IMG/VR virus record: IMGVR_UViG_3300028920_000026
Coordinates: 1-64,000 of that record
DNA from: a virus
Strand: one strand, 5' to 3'
Length of the DNA: 64,000 bases
Shown here: positions 26,368 through 35,820 of the stretch, piece by piece
Layout of the letters: the number at the start of each line of letters is the position of its first letter
Numbering within the stretch: position 1 is the first letter of the stretch
Position numbers and translations under genes: made by a program
The notes under the pieces: model-generated
The model's database searches: none
Told to the model about the DNA's origin: nothing
The model's input: only the letters and a program-made list of their open reading frames with translations

Positions 26368-26886
26368 TCAAGGCCGGACAGCAGTCCAAGCCGAGTAGAG
26401 ACAGAGACCCGAACATCGTCCGAAGAGCTGGCGATCCAGTTCGGTCGCTCGAACCATTGGCCAGAGAGCGTCCCATAGTCCGCACCCCAGCAGTCCACAT
26501 CGACACCGTCCACACACCACGAGCCCGAGCCCAGCACCGCGCGCCAAAACACCACTCCACCTCGCACCATCCAGAGAGACCAGGCACCCAGGGACGAGGT
26601 CGGTAGACTGCACCCACCCCCACCCCGACCGCAGGGCATCGTCCCTCTTGAACTTGAGCAAGTTGCTATCGCTCCTGTTGACGTATTCCACGGCAGAACC
26701 TCCGGTGAGGACGAAGTGATCGGGCCAGGTGGCAAGGGGGCGACAGGCGGGATCATCAACGGGGTGCAACGGACACACCCCTTGGGAGGCCTGTCCGCTG
26801 CTGTCCAACCAGCAGCGGATCCTGGCACGTGTAGGTTCAGAGAGCGTTCCAAACATGTCTAAACAGCGCACCCAAAGGGCTGCCAT
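26368..26886 (-). CDS. WGW/PGD-family paralog (long form, GC-rich divergent copy)
   Basis: 'RSGWGWVQSTDLVPGCLVS'. Confidence 0.45.
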   Translation of the reverse strand: MAALWVRCLDMFGTLSEPTRARIRCWLDSSGQASQGVCPLHPVDDPACRPLATWPDHFVLTGGSAVEYVNRSDSNLLKFKRDDALRSGWGWVQSTDLVPGCLVSLDGARWSGVLARGAGLGLVVCGRCRCGLLGCGLWDALWPMVRATELDRQLFGRCSGLCLYSAWTAVRP

Positions 26887-27443
26887 CGTTCCTGAAGGGT
26901 TGCCATTCCTCCTGACAGGTGGCCAAATGGTATAGCACTTGCAGCCAAGAGATGGATGTATTCAAATGTGGTTATTGCTGCAGTGCGTTGTGAGGATATT
27001 CGGGAGGGGGGTGAGCCATGCGCACACACACTTACACAAAATTACGCAATTGCAATTATTCAGCAGCGAAGTCTTTCGTGCTCTGCGCGTACTGCGGGTC
27101 CAGCGCCACATCCCCGGGGCGTGAGGGTGGTTTTACACCACGCGGTGCTTGGGCTTGCATCATCGACAACGACACTCGCATCGTTCTTCGAGCACTTGCA
27201 CCTGGGTGGAGAGCGCGCGGTTCCTCTGGTCGAGTACACCGTTCAGGACCATGGTTACGACAGTATCAGCGACATCGCCACGAGCAGCACAGAGAGCCGC
27301 CGGATCTCCGCTGCGTCTGCACACCTGCATCCTTCATGAGCATGTTCCTTTCACCTAGCTCTACTGTACCACTCTGGATGTCCTCCTGCACGGTGCTAGA
27401 CGTGCTCCAGAAAGGTAGAATGTACACAACAAAGGAGGCCCAT

Positions 27444-27620
27444 GTGTCAAAAAAGTTCTCGACTGGTAACGTTGTGATGCTCAATAGTGGAGGTCCGAAG
27501 ATGACGATCGTCGAAGTGTTCGACGCCTCAGACACAGCACGCTGTGTCTGGTTTTCGGGCGATTCCACGTTACATAGCGGCGTATTCATGCTGTGTCTGT
27601 TGACGAAACCGCTTGAGTAG
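27444..27620 (+). CDS. DUF2158/YodC-like small protein
   Basis: GTG start 5 nt after the RBS 'aaggagg'. 'VSKKFSTGNVVMLNSGGPKMTIVEV...CVWFSGD...HSGVF' follows the YodC pattern 'FKxGDxVxLKSGGPxMTV...CxWF'. Confidence 0.55.
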   Translation: MSKKFSTGNVVMLNSGGPKMTIVEVFDASDTARCVWFSGDSTLHSGVFMLCLLTKPLE

Positions 27621-28173
27621 CCGGACGACCGCGCACTTCCTGGTCAGAGGTGGATGCTCAGCGCGCGCTGAGCATCCACATGTTCACTTACGAATTGCTT
27701 GTTGATCGTCGAACACGACGTACGCAACACGTCGTCACACCCCGGCGCAACCATCTCCTTCGTGGATTGTATACGGCACGCGACGCTCGTGAGGAACAGC
27801 TCTCGTGACTGCGCCTGTTGCACTTCGGGCGCGTCTGCGCCCGCGCGCGAAGAGAAGCTCACGTGGGAGGAGCGCCCGGGTAGTTCGGCATCGTAGCGGC
27901 GGCGTACAAGACATGGGATCATTTGTACGCAGGAGTTCCAAGGTACGTTGCCAAAGCGAACACGTAGGAGTTTACCTGTAGCATCGCTCTCTCCTCTTCT
28001 TGTTCTTTTTGAAGTTTCTGCCGCGCTTGTGTTCCTGGGGTCGCGGACCCGTCGAGACGCCTGTTCCCTCTTTGACATCGAGGTCGAGAATCACTGTTCT
28101 CAGTACCTGCACGAAGGCGGACGTTGAGATGCGATCATCGAAGATCGCTTGCCAGACACGTTCGAATCGCTCG

Positions 28174-28479
28174 TCACGCACTGGGGATCTTGTGGGGGGT
28201 AAAGTTCCATGATTGCAGGTGCCCATGCTTGTGCATCTTTTTTGCGTATTCCAACAGCGTAAGAGCACATTTAGCACCAGCATGCAGCAGCACCTCTGTG
28301 CCGTCGGTAAGGATGTGCGCTGTGCCGTTTCCTGGTTCAGAATAACAGACAACACCGAGGGGTGCCTGCCCGTAGTACAGCGTCCACGAATCGGTATTCG
28401 AGTTATATTCGAAGTGAAAGCTAGCGTTGTCACCGGCTTCCAGCAGCAGCTGCGCGAAGGACTTGTTGTGATCAATCAT
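28174..28479 (-). CDS. hypothetical protein
   Basis: 101-aa ORF. Confidence 0.35.
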   Translation of the reverse strand: MIDHNKSFAQLLLEAGDNASFHFEYNSNTDSWTLYYGQAPLGVVCYSEPGNGTAHILTDGTEVLLHAGAKCALTLLEYAKKMHKHGHLQSWNFTPHKIPSA

Positions 28480-28534
28480 CAGAGGCTCTGGAGTTTAACG
28501 GTTCATGATGCGAAGATGTTCGTTTAATGTCGCC

Positions 28535-28570
28535 GTAGCCGTGACTGTAGCCGATACCGTAGCCGCGTCC
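28535..28570. repeat. 3 x 12-nt tandem repeat (GTAGCCGNNNCY)
   Basis: 'gtagccgtgact gtagccgatacc gtagccgcgtcc'; encodes 'GYGIGYSHGYG' on the minus strand within the weak ORF 28472..28693. Confidence 0.4.
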
Positions 28571-28682
28571 GCGTTCGCAGCCGTGCCCGATGGCGGCCTG
28601 CCGGAGCCTGTGCGCGAGGCCGCGCAGTGGGGCAGGGAGGGCCTCGGGGCGGAGAGCTAGGATGGTGCCTAGCAAGGTGGGG

Positions 28683-29063
28683 TCAGCAGGCATTGGCGTT
28701 CCTGACTACCATTCTCGTTATCAGTGTTGCCAGATCTTCTCGCTCCCCATCGTGGCTATTTGGTAGCCATCCCTTATGGTAGTCGCGGCGCGCTTTGGCC
28801 CTCTGGATCTCCAGACAACCCACCTCATTGTGACCAAGGCTATCAGGTATTTCCTCTTTGCTGAAAATTACCTTCACTGCTCCTGGAGGCCGTTTATTCG
28901 GCCCCCAATCTTTCCTTGTTTTATACCTCCCCAACCAATAATAGTTGTAAGGAGTGAGCAACCAATGCTCATTTCGCGCGTCTATCCAGTAACCATTGGA
29001 GTCGTGGGTGAGCACTAGGTGCTCGTATGAGCGATCATATATAATCATACAATGTAGGATCAC
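28683..29063 (-). CDS. hypothetical protein
   Basis: 126-aa ORF, Trp/Tyr-rich. Confidence 0.4.
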   Translation of the reverse strand: MILHCMIIYDRSYEHLVLTHDSNGYWIDARNEHWLLTPYNYYWLGRYKTRKDWGPNKRPPGAVKVIFSKEEIPDSLGHNEVGCLEIQRAKARRDYHKGWLPNSHDGEREDLATLITRMVVRNANAC

Positions 29064-29201
29064 TGTCGCCTCCTATGAGTACATGAGGCAACCAGTGCCC
29101 CACGGGTCGCTCGCAATTCGGCGACCAGTTGAGGACACATGACTCGTCGCCATGCGCCCTGCACAACGCCAAGACTGGGGGCGCTGTAGGCGCGCCACAC
29201 G

Positions 29202-29810
29202 TCAACAACCTTTGAGTACATAGCTTTCCTCCTCTTTAACGAGAGCGCGCACAACGCGCTCTCGTTCGGGCGTCCAGGGGATGCCGCGTCGTTCGAGCAA
29301 CCACTGCGCTGCGTTACCTCGTTTGCGAGCGAAACGCCCACGCTCCGTATTGGTGATCCGCGGGTCGGTTAGAAACGCCTCCCAGCGTGCCTCTTCGACC
29401 GCGTCCTGTTGGTGCCGCGCTACTTCTCGCGCCAGCGCTGCGCTGTAGCGCGGATAGAGCTCGACATGTTCGAAACTGGTAAGCGTGCCTACTACGATCG
29501 GCACGCCATCGACATCGACCGTGAAATTATACGTGATTTCGTCGAGCTGCGTGTCATATTCTTCGCGGCGCGCGGCACGGCGAGTTAGCGGCCATTCGCC
29601 GCCGTACGCGTCGGTCACTGCCAGCCTGACGAGCTTATCGTAGGTGGTAGGTGCGGGCAGCGGCCGCACGTCCACCGTTTCGCCGTTGCGGTTCGTGTGC
29701 GCGGTGCACACCACGCCGTCGTCGCGCAACACTAGGAATCTATCACCGGACATCTGTGTATCCCCCAGCGAAACCTCGCGCGGGGTCGCCATAGATTCCG
29801 GTGAGCCCAT
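29202..29810 (-). CDS. hypothetical protein (GC-rich island)
   Basis: 202-aa ORF; overlaps the upstream ORF. Confidence 0.4.
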   Translation of the reverse strand: MGSPESMATPREVSLGDTQMSGDRFLVLRDDGVVCTAHTNRNGETVDVRPLPAPTTYDKLVRLAVTDAYGGEWPLTRRAARREEYDTQLDEITYNFTVDVDGVPIVVGTLTSFEHVELYPRYSAALAREVARHQQDAVEEARWEAFLTDPRITNTERGRFARKRGNAAQWLLERRGIPWTPERERVVRALVKEEESYVLKGC

Positions 29811-30849
29811 TTTCTGGCCCCCAGACTTTTATGAAGTGTTCGACAAGCTCGGGCGACGTCGCACCCCCGAGGATGATCTTAGTCCCCTCGCGATTTTCTA
29901 TTCCAGCGAGATAGGCAATGCCGAGGTAGCACGCAGCGTCCGGCAACTCGGGTGTGTACTGTCCGCGCAAATCGACCACGTTGTGGAATTGGCCACCGCA
30001 CGTTCCGCAATCGCATAGACCGCGGTCGCCCCGCGAACCGTTTGCGCCACATGCGCAACGGAACAATGGGAACGTGTCCGCCTCACGAAGTGCGGCGACC
30101 GCAGCGGAGAAGTCCTCGGCATACTGAGCCTCACTCTTCGGTTCGAACGGCCGCGTCTTGGCCATTCGTGCGCGGTACCTGCGCACATCATCGCAGGTAA
30201 CGCCAGGGCATCGACCCGCCCAAGCGTGGGCGAGACAGTGGTCGCACGCAGCTGTGATTACCAGGTCACGGGGGATGCCGCGGTAACCACTCGGCGTGCG
30301 AACCCACCAACAAGCATCGACGTAGATGAGATCCGAAGGCTCTCGCGGCATCGAGTATAGCTCGGGCCAGTGCGCGGGGAGCACATTGAGTCGTCCTAGC
30401 TCGACGATGACCTGTCCGAGCGAGCTTCCCTCGAGGAAGCGCTCAGGCGAAAAACCGAAGCCCGGGTCGCCCGGTCGATGGTGGTCGAAGCGGCGGATGC
30501 CTGCCTGGGCGTCGATGCCCAACGACTCGAGTGCACCAGTCACGCCAGCGAGTTTGGAGACGATGAGGTCGTGCTCATCGTCGATTGCCGGTCCCCAGCA
30601 TTCGACGGCGGCGTAGTACACGCCATCGGTTACGGGTAGTTTCTCGACCGCGTAAGCCGTCCGCGGTGTCACACGCTCACCATCCGCGTTGAGTGCGTGA
30701 GCCACTAGCTCACCGCAATCGATTAGCAGCACCTCAATCTCCACCATTTCGGGGTCGTTCGCCCCGAGGATCCATACTCGTCTCATTTCTCGTCTCCTTT
30801 CGGTGGCGAGCACGCCACCCAAGTGTCCCCAATCTTTTGCTCCCACCAT
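29743..30849 (-). CDS. hypothetical Cys-rich protein (GC-rich island)
   Basis: 368 aa; 'CACGANGSRGDRGLCDCGTCGG' and 'CDHCLAHAWAGRCPGVTC' cysteine clusters. The start overlaps the next ORF (ATGA). Confidence 0.45.
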   Translation of the reverse strand: MVGAKDWGHLGGVLATERRREMRRVWILGANDPEMVEIEVLLIDCGELVAHALNADGERVTPRTAYAVEKLPVTDGVYYAAVECWGPAIDDEHDLIVSKLAGVTGALESLGIDAQAGIRRFDHHRPGDPGFGFSPERFLEGSSLGQVIVELGRLNVLPAHWPELYSMPREPSDLIYVDACWWVRTPSGYRGIPRDLVITAACDHCLAHAWAGRCPGVTCDDVRRYRARMAKTRPFEPKSEAQYAEDFSAAVAALREADTFPLFRCACGANGSRGDRGLCDCGTCGGQFHNVVDLRGQYTPELPDAACYLGIAYLAGIENREGTKIILGGATSPELVEHFIKVWGPENGLTGIYGDPARGFAGGYTDVR

Positions 30850-31010
30850 CTCACCGGATGGTGGCAGCCCTCGTCAAAAGCGCCGATGCCACCGCGGTAC
30901 TCCGCAGGATCGTCGCCCTCCCACACGGTGTGGGGCTCGTTGCACGAGCACCCGCACGGCGGGTCGAATTCGATTGCGCTTGGCGCAACGCGCCTCACTC
31001 GCCATTTCAT
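30783..31010 (-). CDS. hypothetical small Cys-containing protein
   Basis: 75 aa; 'PPCGCSCNEPH'. Confidence 0.35.
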   Translation of the reverse strand: MKWRVRRVAPSAIEFDPPCGCSCNEPHTVWEGDDPAEYRGGIGAFDEGCHHPVRWWEQKIGDTWVACSPPKGDEK

Positions 31011-31517
31011 TAAAACCCCTCGCTACGATGAAACTCGGCCTCGGCCTCGGCCTCCTGAGTCTTTTGTCGTTCTATTTCTAGAACGCTTACGCGAACTAGG
31101 CCGATCATACGCAGTGCACGGTCGTATATCTCAACTAAGGCTTTCAGCATCTCGTCATCTCCTCTCCTCGGACGTGGCGTCCGCTACTAGGCATGACCAA
31201 CTGGGAGTCCGTGCCTAGTGGCTGGCGTCAGTCTCCAATGTGAGTCGGCTCAGTCAGCCGAGGCATTGGCTCCGTCTTCACTACCCGCGGCTCACTACCC
31301 GGATGGGAGTGGCCCCAATGTCGAGCCAGTTGCCGCCGTGCGCGCTCAGCCGCCGAGGCGGTTTTGTGTTGGGAGTAGACGAGGCGACTGTGGTCGCCCG
31401 TCACGGCGTAGTTGTATGTGGTCATCGTCTCCTCTTCCTCGGACTAAGGTATTTCATGTCTCAGGTACGTGGTCATGCTCTCCTCCTTCGGGGCGTTGTC
31501 CCCGTCTGATGCCTTTA

Positions 31518-31754
31518 TCATGCGCGCTTGCTGTCGTAGCGCAGAACACCGTCATACTGGCTGAGTCTCGTCTGCGGCCAGCAGCAGCGCTGACGGCCGG
31601 CGTGTACCTCGACGAGGCACCGGGCGCCGACTCCGTGACGGACGGCATCGCAAATACCAAGGCGCTCGGCCTCCTCGACCGACTCAGCTGATCCGGTCCA
31701 GTAGTGGCGCGAGTCTTGCCAGTAGTCTACGACTACTACAGTATATTGGTTCAT
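31518..31754 (-). CDS. hypothetical small protein
   Basis: 78-aa ORF whose start is ATGA-coupled to the upstream ORF stop. Confidence 0.35.
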   Translation of the reverse strand: MNQYTVVVVDYWQDSRHYWTGSAESVEEAERLGICDAVRHGVGARCLVEVHAGRQRCCWPQTRLSQYDGVLRYDSKRA

Positions 31755-32224
31755 ACTGTGCGCTCCTTCGCCTGGAGCGCAGCAACCGCCAGGCGGCGGG
31801 CAACGAGCGCGTCTAGGTGTGGGTAGAGTCCTCCGAGCGAGTCCTGCTCACGCTGGCTCACTCCCTCCGAGGAGGAGATGCGGAGCATGCCCTCACGGTC
31901 GGGGGCGAGCGTAGCCGTCTCGCCGTCCCCACGGGTCAGGGTGACGGTTGGTGGGAGCGGCGGCAATCGCCGCCGAAGCCGTTCGACCTCGTCCCTCCGC
32001 TCGTCGCGGCTCGGCCCCCAAGGGCCGCGCTCCACGTGGAGCCAGTTGCGATTCTCCTCGCGGCGAGTGCCGCAATCGCGGCACTCAACGGTGATACACA
32101 CGCAGCCGTGCGCTGCTTTGTTCTCGTCGGAGCTCACGGGCCCCGAGAAGCACCGAGTGCTGGCTTCGAACGTATGTTCGTGGCTACACTCGTTCATGTG
32201 GATGTTTCTGATTCGCACGGTCAC
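31751..32224 (-). CDS. hypothetical zinc-finger-like protein
   Basis: 157 aa; 'CSHEH...CITVECRDCG'. Confidence 0.4.
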   Translation of the reverse strand: MTVRIRNIHMNECSHEHTFEASTRCFSGPVSSDENKAAHGCVCITVECRDCGTRREENRNWLHVERGPWGPSRDERRDEVERLRRRLPPLPPTVTLTRGDGETATLAPDREGMLRISSSEGVSQREQDSLGGLYPHLDALVARRLAVAALQAKERTV

Positions 32225-32692
32225 TCTCTCCTGATGAGGTTGGAGCCACTGGGTAGTGGCTCATGATTGCCTACCGCGATCGCGCGCAAGCACGCGAGGC
32301 GGGATGGAGAATCGCCATCCAGGGCCTTGTTGCAGACCTCTACCCAGTAGAGGTCTGCACGAGCCAGGGCTTGGGCCCGAAGTCTGAGGATGTCCTGCTC
32401 TGTCGCGTCCATCAGACCTCTACCCCCCACAGGGCAGACACCTCGCGGTAGTGGACGATTGCCGCTGCGATGTGAGAGCGCTTCTCTGTTGAGTCGGTGC
32501 GGGTCTGGCCGACATGGCCAACACACAGCCCCGTGCCCGGGTCCCAGATGGGGGTGTTGTCGTAGCCCGAGAGCCCAATGGCCTCGTTCTCAGCTGCCTG
32601 GATGGCAGCGAAAGCTTCACGAAGCACTCGCCGGCAGTCGGGTGCCAGGTCGCGAATGGTGTCTGGGTGTCTCATGTCATTCTCTCCTGGCG

Positions 32693-32893
32693 TCAGTCGC
32701 AGTACCCAGCGCGCCGGATGCGCTCCGTCTGGTCCAGTGACAGACCACGCCGCTTGATCTCCGCCTGCAACTGAGCGCGCTCAGTTGCGACGTCGCGCGT
32801 GGTGGTACACGCGCGGGCACAGCCCTCGCGGTCCACGGGTAGCGCGTCGAGCGCCAAAACTAGATCTGTGTCACTCATTTTCTGCGGTTTCAT
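32693..32893 (-). CDS. hypothetical small protein
   Basis: 66-aa ORF. Confidence 0.3.
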   Translation of the reverse strand: MKPQKMSDTDLVLALDALPVDREGCARACTTTRDVATERAQLQAEIKRRGLSLDQTERIRRAGYCD

Positions 32894-33374
32894 CGTGTTC
32901 TCCTACCCGAAAAACCGGCCCCGACTTGACTCGGGTTTCGGCGGGGCGGGGTATTGAGGGGCCGGTATCGACGTCCGTTCGTCGATCGTCGAGTCCTTGC
33001 GGCGATCCTGCACGTTGACCCATCAGGGCCGGACGAGACGATGCCATTGATGACTTCTTGAGCAGATTCTCCGGAGCGCTTTATGACAGTTATGGACGAT
33101 CCGAGAGGCGGGGTTCCTACAACAAAGACACCCCAGGAACCGTCTGCAAGTTTGACATAGCGTCCGTTGAACCTCCCCTGTTGTTCAAGGAATGAAATTG
33201 CCTCTTTATCAGCTCTTCCTTGCTCGACCACCAGACACACTTATTTTGATCAAAGTGCAATCCGATGCCGTACCTTCCAAGGCTTCCTTTCGGCGCACAA
33301 CGAGTGTCACCATCAATGATGAAACGTCGTCTTGCTTTGTGGTATCCAAACGTTGCCATAATATGACAATACAC
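32890..33374 (-). pseudogene. possible frameshifted staphylococcal-nuclease (SNase)-like gene
   Basis: ORF 33117..33374 carries the SNase hallmark 'RRFIIDGDTRCAP...RYGIGLHFDQ' (cf. 'IDGDT...RLIGIDAPE'). ORF 32890..33240, in a different frame, carries 'GRFNGRYVKLADGSWGVFVVG' (cf. 'DKYGRLLAYV..DG..VNE'). The two together would make one ~150-aa SNase with a single frameshift. Confidence 0.3.
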
Positions 33375-33413
33375 TAACTTGTATTGTGCTGCACGGATGG
33401 TTACATCGCAACC

Positions 33414-34244
33414 CTACGCCTCGAATTCGTACTTGAACTCGGCCTTCTTGTAGAGTCCGGTCCTCTCCATGCCGAGGACGACCTTCATGGCGTTGCAGCC
33501 AAATCGGTTCTTTTGGACCTCAGCGATGCGCTCACCCCAGAACTCTGAATTCTTCACCTCATCGATGAAGAGGTGAGCATGAGCGTCGACGGCATGTTTG
33601 ACGCTGTTTGGTCCTGCAAACTGCCCGCTTTTTGTCACGTGTCCGACGATGACGATGATCGGATGGACTCCGTTGTATCCCGTCTTGGCGAAGCTGGTGA
33701 GCTGTTCGATGACGCGGAGCTGCGTCTTCTGGATGATTCCGCCTGGACCATACATGCCGTCGTTGAATGTCTGCAGCGAGTCCAGGAGCAGGAACAGGTC
33801 CTTGCCTGGGTTGTTGTCGATCAGGTGTCGAGCGTGGTCGAGGATGCTCGAGTGCCCTGTCCAGTGCTTCTTCGACTTTTCAGGGACGAGCTTGGCGTCA
33901 ACCAGCTCGTCCTCGCCGCAGATGAACCCATTTTTCAACCCGAGACGCTCTGAGGTCATTTTGACCTGATAGAGCGATTCTTCCTTGCTGTTGAAAAGCG
34001 CCATGGCACCCTTCTGCCTGTGGATCGCATCCGCGAGCTGTAGGCACAGCGTCGTCTTGCCTGCACCGGGCGTACCGGTGAATAGGATCGTCATCGACGG
34101 TACCACGCCCTGCCCGCCGAACAACGCATCGACCCAGTTCAGTCCGAACGGAACCCGCCGCCGCATGTGTTCGGGGACCACGACGTCATTGATGTTGGTG
34201 CCCTTGTTGACACCGACCTCGCCGACATTGATTGTCATCGCCAC
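33414..34244 (-). CDS. RadA/Sms-like RecA-superfamily ATPase (Sak4-like short form)
   Basis: 276 aa; 'FGGQGVVPSMTILFTGTPGAGKTTLCLQLA' (Walker A in RadA context), 'LLLDSLQT' (Walker B), diagnostic 'VQKNRFG'. No N-terminal Zn finger and no C-terminal Lon domain. Confidence 0.8.
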   Translation of the reverse strand: MAMTINVGEVGVNKGTNINDVVVPEHMRRRVPFGLNWVDALFGGQGVVPSMTILFTGTPGAGKTTLCLQLADAIHRQKGAMALFNSKEESLYQVKMTSERLGLKNGFICGEDELVDAKLVPEKSKKHWTGHSSILDHARHLIDNNPGKDLFLLLDSLQTFNDGMYGPGGIIQKTQLRVIEQLTSFAKTGYNGVHPIIVIVGHVTKSGQFAGPNSVKHAVDAHAHLFIDEVKNSEFWGERIAEVQKNRFGCNAMKVVLGMERTGLYKKAEFKYEFEA

Positions 34245-34357
34245 ATGGTTGCCTCTTCTTGCCTGTCTGGAACCAATCTACCACGGCTAGATTGGTTCTA
34301 CACGTTTATTGTTTTACCACATTCGTAAAATCGTGATTTAAGAATACCTTTTATGCC

Positions 34358-34645
34358 TTGTTCGGTAGCACTATGCGGTTTACGTATGTTTGGGATATAC
34401 TTGAGACCATGTTGGGTATAGACGATCAACAACAGCTTCGTCAACATAGACACGAATTTGAGTACGTGACGGGCCTCGACGAACACGGGTTCGTCAACTT
34501 CTATTTTAACAATGAGGTTGTGGCTACCCTCTCATCAACGATGGGAGAATGGCGCATTCTTTTTCATCAGGTGTGGTTTACCCAGCTTGTTGCCGAAGAA
34601 ACGCTCATTGACATAGCGAACGTGTACTACGAGAAGAAAAAATGA
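34358..34645 (+). CDS. hypothetical protein
   Basis: 95-aa ORF whose stop overlaps the lipoprotein start (ATGA). Confidence 0.4.
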   Translation: MFGSTMRFTYVWDILETMLGIDDQQQLRQHRHEFEYVTGLDEHGFVNFYFNNEVVATLSSTMGEWRILFHQVWFTQLVAEETLIDIANVYYEKKK

Positions 34646-35256
34646 AAAAAACAATAATGATACTACCAATCATGCTCTTGCTCGTTGGCTGTGCCGGCGA
34701 CAAGGAACGTGCGCCGAACATATCAACCTTGTACGAAACGGGTGGAACACCATCGTATGTTGGTTCTACAGGAGGTGCCGCGGGTCTTCCAATATCCCTT
34801 GAGGGTGGTACCGCAGGCACGGGCGAGTTATTTGGAGGAACTTCAGGTGTTGGCGCTGAGCCCTCTAAAGGCGGCGTCGGTGTGGCGGGCGGGGTTTCCA
34901 TGGGCGGTTCAACAGGTGGAAACGAAACTGGTGGCGTTCAGGATACCGGAGGCGCACCCCCGGGTGGTGTGGTGGTAACCCCTGGTGGCGCATCGGGAGG
35001 CCCTCCTGGGGGCTTTGGTGGGCTCGAGGACGGTTCAGGAGGTATAGGTGGTGCTGGTGGAGAACCGGTCGAGTGCCCGGTGGGCGGTGCTGGTGGGGTT
35101 GTAGTTGAAGTTGACGGAAGCTACAACTGCAATTCTAAATCTCCGGACTCTGATCTGGACGAGTGCTGGGACGCTGTGTACCCATGCCTGCACGAGGGAG
35201 AATGGTTCGAAAAGGGTGATGGTTCGGGATTCTGGACGTATTGCGTGTGTGCCTAA
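34642..35256 (+). CDS. glycine-rich lipoprotein with C-terminal Cys-rich domain
   Basis: 204 aa; signal + lipobox 'LLLVGC'; ~120 aa of G/T/S/P-rich repeats; C-terminus 'ECPVGG...CNSKSPDSDLDECWDAVYPCLHEGEW...YCVCA'. Confidence 0.6.
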   Translation: MKKTIMILPIMLLLVGCAGDKERAPNISTLYETGGTPSYVGSTGGAAGLPISLEGGTAGTGELFGGTSGVGAEPSKGGVGVAGGVSMGGSTGGNETGGVQDTGGAPPGGVVVTPGGASGGPPGGFGGLEDGSGGIGGAGGEPVECPVGGAGGVVVEVDGSYNCNSKSPDSDLDECWDAVYPCLHEGEWFEKGDGSGFWTYCVCA

Positions 35257-35457
35257 CAATCCAGGAAGGTATACTAAGACCATGGCACGCTACGACGATG
35301 GAACGAACAAGATCAATTGACAGAGACTATTTGTCGAATTTTCACCGCGGGTTCAGGATTAACACTCGGGTGTTTATGTCTATCGAAAAATTCAATGTTG
35401 AAACGCTACGGACCGCTGCGAAAATGATCGACGCCTTCGCAGAAATAAAGATAATCA

Positions 35458-35742
35458 TTGCGAATTAATGCAAAAAAAGGAAGAAACAGAGTGTCTCGAC
35501 GGGTAGTCCTCCTCGACAAGTCCCGTCACATGATGAAGAAGGCCGACGTCGAGCGAGAGATCTCATGCCTGCTTGACGGTCGGCGTGTGAAGGTCACGTC
35601 CGAGGTGCGAAAGGGACGCTCGTACGCTCACTGTGTCATCGGCGAGTGGGAGTACGAAGGCGAGGCCAAGAACATTGACTGGGCATACCGTGCCCTGCTT
35701 CAGAAGATCAGGGACGAAAAGAAGAACGGCCTCTTGGTGTAG
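35458..35742 (+). CDS. hypothetical basic protein
   Basis: 94-aa ORF. Confidence 0.35.
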   Translation: MRINAKKGRNRVSRRVVLLDKSRHMMKKADVEREISCLLDGRRVKVTSEVRKGRSYAHCVIGEWEYEGEAKNIDWAYRALLQKIRDEKKNGLLV

Positions 35743-35820
35743 ACTACGCGGTACCGTTGTAAGGTCTTCCTATCGAGCGGACGGCAAGCCGCTTTACAAC
35801 CAAACGGGGAACCGACAGGC

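Noticed and set aside
26208-26886. Stack of five overlapping ORFs (both strands) around 26.2-26.9 kb
   Set aside because: Only 26368..26886(-) carries the family motif (WGWVQSTDLVPG); the others are GC-rich frame artefacts (Pro/Arg/Gly/Trp-rich).
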